The position numbers and the translations under genes were made by a program. From assembly GCA_900553785.1 (NCBI GenBank), contig USES01000003.1, positions 53-64,052 of the forward strand: 64,000 bases of DNA, read 5' to 3'. The notes under the pieces are model-generated. The model had not been told where the DNA came from. It worked only from the letters and a program-made list of their open reading frames with translations, and did not search any database. Shown here piece after piece: positions 45,895 to 55,165 of this stretch (positions within the stretch are counted from its first letter, which is position 1; each line of letters begins with the position of its first letter). This DNA is from an uncultured Clostridium sp. Lineage in GTDB: Bacteria > Bacillota > Clostridia > TANB77 > CAG-465.

Positions 45895-46358
45895 AATACA
45901 GTAAAACTACAATCTCTAAATGTTATAACCAACAAAACAAATTGAAAAATGTTCTAAATAAATTAACGGTTTCAAAATGATACAATTTTAAGTATTAATA
46001 TAAATATATTAGAATGTAAAACTAAGTGGAATAATGATATACATATAGATTTGCAGAAATTAAAAATTTTATATGCATAAATGGAGAATATAAATATAAA
46101 TATGGAGATTCCATTATTTTTAAAATAAATACTATAGAAATTAGAATATTAGAGCATGGCAAAGCGGATATGTTTAAAAAAGTAGAAGTAAATAGAGTAA
46201 AAGAAAAACTAGATTTGTTTTAAAATTAATTTTTTGAAGTGATAACAGGCAAGTATGTAATGCTTAATAATACTATGTATAGTTATATGTAATGATAATA
46301 ATAAAATTGTTTACTATTGGAATGGGACGGATAAATGTTAAGAGTTTATAATATTCTA

Positions 46359-46389
46359 TTGACGAAAACTAAAAAAGTTGTGTTATAAT
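46359..46389 (+). promoter_or_regulatory. Promoter of the 1669-aa protein operon
   Basis: Extended -10 TGTTATAAT, with TTGACG 19 nt upstream. Confidence 0.5.
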
Positions 46390-46417
46390 ATAATAGAAAG
46401 AAAAAGAAGGAAAAAAG

Positions 46418-46528
46418 ATGGAATTTGAAAAAGATACAGAAAAAGAAGAATATGAAGTTTTAAGAGGCCTTAATGATAGGCTTAGAAACTTTAATAAAGA
46501 TAAGCAAAAAGAGGATGATGCAAGATAG
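46418..46528 (+). CDS. Small charged peptide (36 aa, MEFEKDTEKEEYEVLRGLNDRLRNFNKDKQKEDDAR)
   Basis: Hand-translated and below the ORF-track cutoff. SD AAGAAGGAAAAAAG. Ends 25 nt before the giant ORF. Confidence 0.3.
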   Translation: MEFEKDTEKEEYEVLRGLNDRLRNFNKDKQKEDDAR

Positions 46529-46553
46529 AATTAAAATAAATTGAGGTAAATAT

Positions 46554-49500
46554 ATGACAAAAGAACAAATTAAGTTTTTTATTGATAATCAAACAACTAT
46601 ATTTGATGAAATAGGCAAAAGAATAGAGGAATCAGAACAAGGTGCTGAGTTATTAAATAATGATATATCTGTAGAAAATATTAAAAGTTTATATGATGAG
46701 TATTATAAATATTGCCCTGATATTTTTGATAAATATGATTTAGATTATGATGCTTTTAAAGTAATTCTTTCGATTTCTGAAGGAGACAAATCCTTTAGAG
46801 AAGAAGTATTAGGAAGAGACGAAGCAAATCAATTACTTAGAGATGTTATTGATATATATGGTGATGAGGCATACAACATATTAGGTTGTAATTCTTACGG
46901 CTTTGAAATGTCTGAAATAGATGGAATATTATCAGGGGGAAATAATAAAAAATATGAAGAGTTTTATACGAAATTACTAACTCAAAAATGTGAAAAAGCT
47001 TATAATCTCGAGCAGCTTTCGAACATTTTATTAAATACAAAATCAGAATATATCAATCAAGGTCTAATTGAAAGTTTTTTGAAAAGCCCTGACAAAATAA
47101 TTTCTGATTTTGAAATAAAAGAATTTATTGATTCGGCGCCTGCTACTATTACGGATGGTTCATCCTTAAAATTATTGGTAGATAGGGTAGAGTCTATTAA
47201 TTCTAATGCATCAATACTAGAACGAATCCCACCAGAGTTATTTGATGAGCAATTTTCTAAAAGATTGTTAGAGAAATCTACATATGCTTTTACTGATGTA
47301 TTTAAATTGATTCCAGAAAAATCTAAAAGTAAAGATATATGGGAATTGGCCATATCTAAAGATAATTTCTTAGTTTCATCTTTACCTGATAAAAAAATAG
47401 ACGAAAATATGACAGATGAAGAGTATGCTAAATGGAGTGAAAATTTAGTTAAAGATGTGATAAAACGCAATCCGGATAATATTCAGGAGTTGTTTTCTGA
47501 ATTAAAAGATTCACAAAAAACTTTAGAAGTTTGTAGTGAAGGCTCAAAATTATTGAAATCAGATGGATATCATGTTCAGGACTTTTTAGAGAAAATTCCA
47601 GAATCAAGCCGTAGTAGACAGATTTATGAAACATTGTTAGGAAAATCTGAGTATATTATTAGTCATATTCCAACGGTTTCTTTTGAAGATGGACTTTCAC
47701 AAGAAGAATATAACATTTGGGTAGATGATGTAATAGTAAATAAGATTTCTCAAATGCAAGACACAGATAATTTGAATATAAGAATACCTAAAGAGAGAAT
47801 GACTGAAAGAGTTTGGAATGCGGTACTTGATAAATGTAATGAGACAAATGGAGATAAAAGCTATTTTGGACTCTCATCTGTTCCAGTTCAAAATATAACT
47901 ATTGAGATGTGTGAACGTGCACTAAAAGATATCAGTGATCTTCAAATAAAGGACATTCCATCAATAGATAGAAAAATTTATACAATCACTGACGAGGCAA
48001 CTAGAGGAGAATATGAAGAATGGATTTCAGGTTTTTCAGAAAAAGAAAAGGAATCATATAGAGAATGGTATGAAAGAAAAGTTATAGACTTCATAAAAGA
48101 AAGACAGGCAAATGTATTTGTAGATAAATTTGAAAATAGAAGAAGCCATATAGCAATTCCGCCAGAAGCTATAAGTGTTAATATTATAAATGCTTATTTA
48201 CAAGTAAATGGACCTTCTGGAATAGAGCATATTCCAGTTCCGAACGATATCACCAATTACAATGAACAATATGAAGATATTATTGTTTCGGCAATTGGTA
48301 TGTTAGAAGAAAAAAAGTATTTGGGTAGGAGAGGACCAGGTCAAGCATTAGTTGATAACTGGGATATTCTAGATAAAATTCCGAAAGAGTACAGAACAGA
48401 TAAAGTTGTATTGGAGGCAATAAAAAAGCATCCTAAATATTTAGACTATGCTGACTTTGAAAATGAAAACTTTGATAAACTTTTACAAATTGGATATAAG
48501 AATAAATTAGAAAGTATTGGAAGAACTGAACTATATGAATCAGAAATAGAGTTGATGAAGAAATTTGCTAAAAATAATTCTAGTTTGTTTTCAACACTAA
48601 ATTTAGATATTCTTAATCCGGATATTATAAATAGTATTGGTGAAAAAAATTTAGAAAGAATAGTAAGGTATAGTGATGTACAGCATTCAATAATAGAACT
48701 AGCCAAAGATAAGGATGCGTTGGCTACATTTGGTTTTGCATTGGAAAATTTAAAGCAAGATAATTTATTTATTGAACCTTTAATAGAAAAATTAAGTAAT
48801 TCAATTGTAAGAGAAGAAGTCTCAGTATATAATTCTGAAAAACAAGAGTATGAAACTAAGTCTAAAGAGTTCCTTAAATTAGCTTCTAATAGAATACAAG
48901 ATAAATCACGATTTTTAACGGAAGAGGAAAAAACTGTACTTACTTACTTAGCTATAAATCCTCAAGAAGCAAATAAAATTCAAAGTTATGATGACATATT
49001 AAACTTTGTAGTAAATAAAAATGCCGAATTGGATGGAGTTATAAATTCTAAAAATTCAACTTTGGTAGATGTAAAAGATGCATATCTTCAAAGAACAGTT
49101 GGAATGGACTATTCAAGTGCAGTTGATTTGGTAACAAAATACGGAAATGATCCGGAGAGTTTGTTAGCAAAATATGAAGGAAAAGAGTTAGAAACATATA
49201 AAGAAAAAGCGGAAAAAGAATCTTTGGAAATTGTTATTAAACTAAAATCGCTAATTCAAGAAAATGATTTAAATAAAATTCAAAAGGCGTATTTTGAGTC
49301 AGTTGAGAAAGAAGATAAAACAAAATCATTCGAAAGGTATAAATGTGTTACTACGTTAGATAATGCACTAAGAAGGTCATATGGTAGAGATATTACTAGA
49401 ACTTTAAGTGAACATGACAGGGAAAACAATGTGGAACTAGTTGAACGTACTGAAGATGGTCAAGAGTATTTAGTAAGAAAAGTGAATGGACCGTTTAATA

Positions 49501-51563
49501 GAATGATAAGTGTTATGAACGCATATAGAAAAAGTGATGAGAAAGTCGCTGGAACAGACATGTATGACAGGTGGAATACATCAGCAATGGCTGGCAATCA
49601 TGCTTTATGTTATAGCTTTATAAATGAAACAAATCCGGGAACGGCACTGCTTGGAGATAAAAAAGGCGTAGTTATATCTATAAGTGGATTTGATGCTGAG
49701 GCAGTAACTGCCGCTGCGCCATATGATTTGTGTTCTGATTCAAGGATGAATACAACTGTAACATACAGACAACAAAGATTTTACACTTCTAATAATTTAC
49801 CAGATCAAACAAGAGGCAGGTATTCTGAAGTTGATATAGAAATACAAGACGTTTCGGACGGAGGAGTCGAATATAAAAAGATACAACCATCGAGTATAAT
49901 TTGTTTTGAGGAAGTTGATGAAGATAGCATAAAGGCATCAATAGAGTTAAGCAAGAAACTTGGTAGAACTGTACCTATTGAATTGATAGATAGAAGAGAA
50001 TTAGCAAGTAAAACAAAGCAAGAAATAGATGATTTGTTTAATGAATTTAAAAACGGGGAAAGTTTGCAACCAGAACTTATAGGACAAATAATAACTAAAT
50101 TCAATAATGTTAGAAATGCTCATATGGATTCTAGTTTAGCAGATGAGCTATTAGGAGAAAATAGTGAAAAAGAGAATGCAGATGCTATGTTTAATAAATC
50201 TCATTTAAATAAAATTACTTCAGAATGTGTAGAAATTGCTAAACAAAGAATAGAAAAGGGCGAAGTTCAAGAGGGTTTACAAACAATATCACAAATTAAG
50301 CAATACATAAGAAAAGAGCGAGAAAAAAATGTGTTGATGCCAACAATGTATGAAAAGCAAATCATGGCAGGAATTGATTTGGATGTAGATTATCGTATAG
50401 ATGAAATACAAAGAATGTATGGTAGACAAGAAATAACAAAAGCTAAGACAAGAAATACGACTCTTGAAATAATGCAAGAGAGTCACGAACTAGAATCTTC
50501 TACTTATGAAACGGTGTATGGAAATAGTAAATTTATGCCTGAACAATTATCATTTTCTGAATTGCAAAACAATATAGATATTTCAGAAATATGCAATACT
50601 GTCCAAGAAATACATCAAAAAGGTTATTATAATGAAAACAAAGAATATTCAGAAGAGTATATAGCAAGAGTTGCAACGTTTTCTAGTGCTATTGCAAATT
50701 TAGAGAATGCTGATGATAGAACAAAAAAATTGTTGCAAGAAGCGGTAAAATATCATTCTAGCGGAAGAAAACTTGATACTACAAGAGAAAAACATCAAGC
50801 ATATAGCGCAAAAATTGCAGGACAAGAACTAAGTGAGAAATATTCAAAAACAGATATAGGTATAATACAGGCTGCAATAGAGTTACAGGATTTAAATTAC
50901 TCTTCATCTGTATCAAAAGAAATGGAAAGAGAGAGAAAAGAAAAAGTTGTACAATTATGTGAAAAATATGAATTAGATATAGATAACGGAGAAAAAATTG
51001 ATTGCATAGCAAAATATATAGAAGATGGAGTTAATTTAGATAAAGCTAGATTTGTGCCAAAAGTTAATAATACACCAGGGGAAAAATTTTCATTTGACTC
51101 TTTAAAAACGGATTCTGCTAGAAAACTTGTAAAAGCTAGTTATTGTATACATGATGAATTATCAGCAGAACATTTAAAAGAAATGTCTAAAGTAGCGGCT
51201 ATTGATTTTAAAGAAAAAACAGATGATATTATGAAAGAATTTTTCACAGAAAGGACGCTCGTATCAGAAAAAACAATATTTGATGAAAGTATTATAGAAT
51301 CTTCTATTGTTAGAGAAGCATATCTAAAGCATAGATTTCAAGAAATAGATTTTGAAAATTTAACAGAAGTATTACCAAAACAAGAAAAAACTAATTTGTC
51401 ACAGGATTTGCCTATTGCAAGTAGTTGTATAGAAGATGCTAGAAAAATTGCCGAATCAAGTCTTGCTAGAGATGTAAGAAAAACAAGTCAAGAAGTAGAG
51501 GCAGGATACATTGAGATGGGAAATTTAAATAAAAGTAGAGAATCTACAAAAGAACTATTTTAA
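46554..51563 (+). CDS. Giant orphan protein (1669 aa): DUF4116-like IP..E repeats, a central unknown globular block, and a C-terminal degenerate HD-like region
   Basis: SD TGAGGT. No signal peptide, TM or P-loop seen. At least 6 repeats of the type IP(E/K)xxx(S/T)xx(I/V)xxxA(I/V)...IP between about residues 220 and 640. The C-terminal EYIARVATFSSAIANL...LLQEAVKYHSSGRK...KHQAYSAKIAGQEL resembles the HD-domain pattern, with the catalytic H and D replaced. Confidence 0.7.
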   Translation: MTKEQIKFFIDNQTTIFDEIGKRIEESEQGAELLNNDISVENIKSLYDEYYKYCPDIFDKYDLDYDAFKVILSISEGDKSFREEVLGRDEANQLLRDVIDIYGDEAYNILGCNSYGFEMSEIDGILSGGNNKKYEEFYTKLLTQKCEKAYNLEQLSNILLNTKSEYINQGLIESFLKSPDKIISDFEIKEFIDSAPATITDGSSLKLLVDRVESINSNASILERIPPELFDEQFSKRLLEKSTYAFTDVFKLIPEKSKSKDIWELAISKDNFLVSSLPDKKIDENMTDEEYAKWSENLVKDVIKRNPDNIQELFSELKDSQKTLEVCSEGSKLLKSDGYHVQDFLEKIPESSRSRQIYETLLGKSEYIISHIPTVSFEDGLSQEEYNIWVDDVIVNKISQMQDTDNLNIRIPKERMTERVWNAVLDKCNETNGDKSYFGLSSVPVQNITIEMCERALKDISDLQIKDIPSIDRKIYTITDEATRGEYEEWISGFSEKEKESYREWYERKVIDFIKERQANVFVDKFENRRSHIAIPPEAISVNIINAYLQVNGPSGIEHIPVPNDITNYNEQYEDIIVSAIGMLEEKKYLGRRGPGQALVDNWDILDKIPKEYRTDKVVLEAIKKHPKYLDYADFENENFDKLLQIGYKNKLESIGRTELYESEIELMKKFAKNNSSLFSTLNLDILNPDIINSIGEKNLERIVRYSDVQHSIIELAKDKDALATFGFALENLKQDNLFIEPLIEKLSNSIVREEVSVYNSEKQEYETKSKEFLKLASNRIQDKSRFLTEEEKTVLTYLAINPQEANKIQSYDDILNFVVNKNAELDGVINSKNSTLVDVKDAYLQRTVGMDYSSAVDLVTKYGNDPESLLAKYEGKELETYKEKAEKESLEIVIKLKSLIQENDLNKIQKAYFESVEKEDKTKSFERYKCVTTLDNALRRSYGRDITRTLSEHDRENNVELVERTEDGQEYLVRKVNGPFNRMISVMNAYRKSDEKVAGTDMYDRWNTSAMAGNHALCYSFINETNPGTALLGDKKGVVISISGFDAEAVTAAAPYDLCSDSRMNTTVTYRQQRFYTSNNLPDQTRGRYSEVDIEIQDVSDGGVEYKKIQPSSIICFEEVDEDSIKASIELSKKLGRTVPIELIDRRELASKTKQEIDDLFNEFKNGESLQPELIGQIITKFNNVRNAHMDSSLADELLGENSEKENADAMFNKSHLNKITSECVEIAKQRIEKGEVQEGLQTISQIKQYIRKEREKNVLMPTMYEKQIMAGIDLDVDYRIDEIQRMYGRQEITKAKTRNTTLEIMQESHELESSTYETVYGNSKFMPEQLSFSELQNNIDISEICNTVQEIHQKGYYNENKEYSEEYIARVATFSSAIANLENADDRTKKLLQEAVKYHSSGRKLDTTREKHQAYSAKIAGQELSEKYSKTDIGIIQAAIELQDLNYSSSVSKEMERERKEKVVQLCEKYELDIDNGEKIDCIAKYIEDGVNLDKARFVPKVNNTPGEKFSFDSLKTDSARKLVKASYCIHDELSAEHLKEMSKVAAIDFKEKTDDIMKEFFTERTLVSEKTIFDESIIESSIVREAYLKHRFQEIDFENLTEVLPKQEKTNLSQDLPIASSCIEDARKIAESSLARDVRKTSQEVEAGYIEMGNLNKSRESTKELF

Positions 51564-51577
51564 AAAGGAGGATTAAT

Positions 51578-52027
51578 TTGGTTACAAATGAATTTGCTGA
51601 AGCATCAGCAGAATTAGTTGAAATATTAAATTATTTGCCTAGATCTGAAGTTGAAAAAATACCATTAAATCTAAGGAACTTTTTTGAAAAAGCAGCAAGT
51701 CCAAATTACAGTGTAAAAATTGATCCGTATAAGCCTTTAGGTCAACAGAGAATTAAGGAGAAAACTAAAGATTTAATTGCTGTTATATATAGGAATTATT
51801 GGTGTAATGGAGATGAAAAAAAGGAACTGGATAAAAAGTTAATTGAAAATGATAAAAAGTATGAAGAGATACTTCATGAGCAGTGTAGTCCAGATAATAT
51901 GTTTAAAAATAAAACTAATCAAGAGATATGTACAACTCAAACAACGCAGGAACTAGTAGAATATAGGCCGCAGAATTTTATACAAAAATTATTTACTAAA
52001 ATTAAAAGCCTATTTAATAAAAAATAA
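51578..52027 (+). CDS. Hypothetical protein (149 aa), downstream partner of the giant protein
   Basis: TTG start after AAAGGAGGA, 14 nt after the giant ORF stop. Soluble, with no recognised motif. Confidence 0.5.
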   Translation: MVTNEFAEASAELVEILNYLPRSEVEKIPLNLRNFFEKAASPNYSVKIDPYKPLGQQRIKEKTKDLIAVIYRNYWCNGDEKKELDKKLIENDKKYEEILHEQCSPDNMFKNKTNQEICTTQTTQELVEYRPQNFIQKLFTKIKSLFNKK

Positions 52028-52061
52028 TGAAGAATGTAACATTTAAAGTTATATTACACAT

Positions 52062-52092
52062 AAAAAACCTAGCAGGTGACTGCTAGGTTTAG
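52062..52092. terminator. Bidirectional terminator between the giant-protein operon and clpE
   Basis: Stem AAACCTAGCAG/CTGCTAGGTTT with a GTGA loop, flanked by A-runs and T-runs. Confidence 0.7.
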
Positions 52093-52095
52093 TTA

Positions 52096-54453
52096 TTATG
52101 CATTACTTTTTTCCTTTTTCTTTTTTGGAACAATCTCTGATGGTATCATTGTAAGAGTAACACTTCCATTTAACACGTCTAAAATGTAATTTGTATTTTC
52201 CTTAAGTTCACCTTTAATGTATTTGTATGCTATTAAATCTTCTACATTCTTTTGAATAGCACGACGAAGAGGTCTTGCACCAAATTTATCACTAAATCCT
52301 GTATTTGTAATGAACTCTACAAGAGCTTCTGTGTATTTTAAATAAATCTTTTTATTTTCTACTTCAGTAATATATTCGTTAAGAAGTAGACGAGTAATAT
52401 CCATAGCATTTTGTTTGTTTAGTTTATTAAATACTATTATATCATCAATTCTATTTAAAAACTCTGGTGAGAAATAGTCTTTCAAAGCAGCTTCTACTTT
52501 AGTACTCATATTTTCCTTATTAGACTCTTCGTTAGCAAACCCAAATCCATCACTTTTATAATTTGTACCAAGATTTGATGTCATTATTACAACAGTGTTT
52601 TTAAATGATACGGTTCTTCCTTGTGAATCAGTAAGACGTCCATCTTCTAGTATTTGAAGCAATATGTTGTAAACACTAGGATGAGCTTTTTCAATTTCAT
52701 CTAGAAGCAATATGCTATATGGATTACGTCTAACTTTTTCAGTTAAATACCCAGCATCATCAAAGCCAACATATCCAGGAGGTGCCCCAATTAGTTTAGA
52801 TACACTGTGAGATTCCATATATTCAGACATATCTAGACGAATTATAGCATCTTCTCTATCAAATAGTTCATATGCTAATGCTTTTACAAGAGCTGTTTTA
52901 CCAACACCTGTTGATCCAACAAATATAAATGAAGGTGGACGAACAGAGTCAGTGATATTACTTCTTTTACGAAGTATAGCTTGAGATAGGTTTTTAACTG
53001 CATCAGTCTGACCTATTATTTTTTTATTTAGTTCATTTTCTAAGCCTAGAAGTTTATCGCTTTCAGCAGTTGTAAGACGTGATACTGGTATTTTAGTCCA
53101 AAGTTCAACGACCTTGGCAAGGTTATCGAAAGTAACGACACTTTTCTTTACCTTTTTATTAAGTTCGTCAAGTTTAGTTTTTAATGTACATTCTGTAGCC
53201 TTAAGAGTTGCTGCTTTTTCGTAACTTGCTACATCGCTGTCAGTTATTTCACTTTCAGTATCTTTAATTTCGTTTTCTATATCTTTTAATTTATCTTCAA
53301 TAGATTCTATTTGACTTTGAACTTTATTATCTAGATATACTCTAGAGCAAGCCTCGTCAAGCAAGTCAATTGCTTTATCTGGGAAAAATCTATCAAAAAT
53401 ATATTTCTGGGCAAGACGAACAGTATCTTTTAATATTTCATCAGGGATTATTACTTTATGGTGTTTTTCATAGTAATGTTTAATTCCTCTTAAAATTTCT
53501 ACCGTTTCGTCAGAACTTGGTTCATCAACCATTATTGGCTGAAAACGTCTTTCCAAAGCAGAGTCTTTTTCGATATATTTTCTGTATTCTTTAAGAGTAG
53601 TTGCACCAATTACTTGAATTGTTCCATCTGCCAACGCTGGTTTTAACATATTTCCGGCATTCATTGAGTTATCGTGGTCAAGGCCTCCAACAATATTGTG
53701 AAGCTCATCAATTGCAAGAATTATATTTGAATACGCTTTACATTCATCAATTACGCCTTTCATACGAGCTTCAAATTGTCCTCTAAATTGAGTGCCTGCA
53801 ACCATAGCTGTCATGTCTAGAAGGTATACTTCTTTATTTGCTAGTTTTTGAGGGACTTCTTTTGCAGCAATTTTTAATGCTAAAGCATTTATTACAGCTG
53901 TTTTACCAACACCTGGTTCTCCAATTAGTGCGGGATTATTTTTTGTTCTTCTATTTAAAATTTGAATTAGACGTTCAAGTTCTTTTTCACGTCCAACTAC
54001 TTTATCTAATTTTCCTTCTTTTGCAAGACGAGTTAGATTTGTAGCGTATGTATCCAAATATTTTAGTTTTTTATTTTCTTTTTTTATCTTTTCTTTTTGG
54101 TCATTTTGAGAGTTAAACTGGATGTTACTTTCTTCTGGCTGCATTCCCTGAGAAAAAGCCTCATTCATATATTCCATATCTTCCGGTGATATTTCACCAA
54201 ACATATTTGCTAAATTCTCAAGATTAGCTCCTGAAAACATATTAGTAAATTGTTCTGTTAAATTTTTCATATCTTCTGGTGATAAATTGTTGAAGGCTTG
54301 AGTTACGTTTTTTAGAGGATCTATTCCTCTTTTTTTAGCACATTCCATACAAAGCCCTACTACTTCTTTTGATTTAGAGTTTCCATCACCATCGTCTTCT
54401 AATTTATTTATATATATAACTGCCATATTTTTTTTACAATCTGAACATAGCAT
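52096..54453 (-). CDS. clpE: ClpE-type Clp/Hsp100 AAA+ ATPase (N-terminal zinc ribbon)
   Basis: The ATG at 54453 (residue 16 of the ORF-track product) follows AAGGAGG. N-terminus MLCSDCKK...GLCMECAKK (C4 zinc ribbon, as in ClpE, rather than the ClpC repeat domain). Two AAA+ modules (GEPGVGKTA, GSTGVGKTA) with a coiled-coil linker. Confidence 0.8.
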   Translation of the reverse strand: MLCSDCKKNMAVIYINKLEDDGDGNSKSKEVVGLCMECAKKRGIDPLKNVTQAFNNLSPEDMKNLTEQFTNMFSGANLENLANMFGEISPEDMEYMNEAFSQGMQPEESNIQFNSQNDQKEKIKKENKKLKYLDTYATNLTRLAKEGKLDKVVGREKELERLIQILNRRTKNNPALIGEPGVGKTAVINALALKIAAKEVPQKLANKEVYLLDMTAMVAGTQFRGQFEARMKGVIDECKAYSNIILAIDELHNIVGGLDHDNSMNAGNMLKPALADGTIQVIGATTLKEYRKYIEKDSALERRFQPIMVDEPSSDETVEILRGIKHYYEKHHKVIIPDEILKDTVRLAQKYIFDRFFPDKAIDLLDEACSRVYLDNKVQSQIESIEDKLKDIENEIKDTESEITDSDVASYEKAATLKATECTLKTKLDELNKKVKKSVVTFDNLAKVVELWTKIPVSRLTTAESDKLLGLENELNKKIIGQTDAVKNLSQAILRKRSNITDSVRPPSFIFVGSTGVGKTALVKALAYELFDREDAIIRLDMSEYMESHSVSKLIGAPPGYVGFDDAGYLTEKVRRNPYSILLLDEIEKAHPSVYNILLQILEDGRLTDSQGRTVSFKNTVVIMTSNLGTNYKSDGFGFANEESNKENMSTKVEAALKDYFSPEFLNRIDDIIVFNKLNKQNAMDITRLLLNEYITEVENKKIYLKYTEALVEFITNTGFSDKFGARPLRRAIQKNVEDLIAYKYIKGELKENTNYILDVLNGSVTLTMIPSEIVPKKKKEKSNA

Positions 54454-54571
54454 AATGTTTACCTCCTTGAGACACAGATTATACCATAGTATTAGCAAAA
54501 AAACAATCAGGCTATGCTTAATACCGCAATTTTACACAATTAGCTTGTGGTTATAAAACTAAACATATATC

Positions 54572-54601
54572 TTGAAAATGGTATACATAATATGGTATAA
54601 T
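54572..54601 (+). promoter_or_regulatory. Strong candidate sigma-A promoter, divergent from clpE
   Basis: TTGAAA-N18-TATAAT with a TG extension (TGGTATAAT). It would give a leader of about 215 nt before the 81-aa ORF. Confidence 0.5.
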
Positions 54602-54821
54602 ATATTCACGTGATCATTTAATTTAGTTGCCTGTTAATTATACAGGTAGGTTGTGGAGGTTAAAATAATAGAAAAACTGTTATTGCATACATAGATAGGG
54701 GTGATAATTAGCTAAAAAACTTGAAAACTTGTTTTGGAGGAGGAGTGACTTTGACTCTTTGAATTTAAACTAATTAAAAATCACATTTGACTTTGTACTT
54801 AATTTGAAAGGATGAAATAAA

Positions 54822-55067
54822 ATGGAAAACAGTGGACGTTTGCCTTATTCTGATGAAAGACTTTCTATCATTATGGGAATTAACCCATGTGAATTTCAAC
54901 ACATGGCTGTTCGGGATGAAATTAAACAAATAGTTAGAGATCATAATTTTTCCTTAGATCCTCAAAAGACAGTTGAAAGTTTGAAGAAACTTTTGAATAA
55001 ACACAGCTTTGATAACATGGTTTCAGAAGCAATTAAAAAGTTAATCTTTTCTATTGAATTAAGATAA
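54822..55067 (+). CDS. Hypothetical small protein (81 aa)
   Basis: SD AAAGGA. Helical and soluble, with no recognised family. Followed by a hairpin terminator. Confidence 0.45.
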   Translation: MENSGRLPYSDERLSIIMGINPCEFQHMAVRDEIKQIVRDHNFSLDPQKTVESLKKLLNKHSFDNMVSEAIKKLIFSIELR

Positions 55068-55071
55068 AATA

Positions 55072-55104
55072 TAGACTTGGAGATTTAATCTCCAAGTCTT
55101 TTTA
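55072..55104 (+). terminator. Rho-independent terminator after the 81-aa ORF
   Basis: Stem AGACTTGGAGA/TCTCCAAGTCT followed by TTTTT. Confidence 0.7.
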
Positions 55105-55165
55105 TATCTACACTAGATTATTACAAAGTGCTATGATATAATTTCAAAAAAGAAGAGGTACAGAT

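Noticed and set aside
49460-50000. A possible ADP-ribosyltransferase-like R / S-x-S / E-x-E arrangement in the giant protein (AYRKS ... VISISG ... EVDIEIQ, with spacings of about 50 aa).
   Set aside because: Three short, degenerate motifs found by eye in a 1669-aa protein are expected by chance. The ExE element does not match the usual (Q/E)xE-hydrophobic context. This cannot be supported without profile or structure searches.
54745-54800. GTCAAA/TTTGAC clusters as CtsR operators for clpE.
   Set aside because: The heptad spacing is 7-8 nt, not the canonical 10-nt direct repeat. The sites lie about 300 nt from the clpE start and downstream of a divergent promoter. I keep this only as a remark in a finding, not as a feature.
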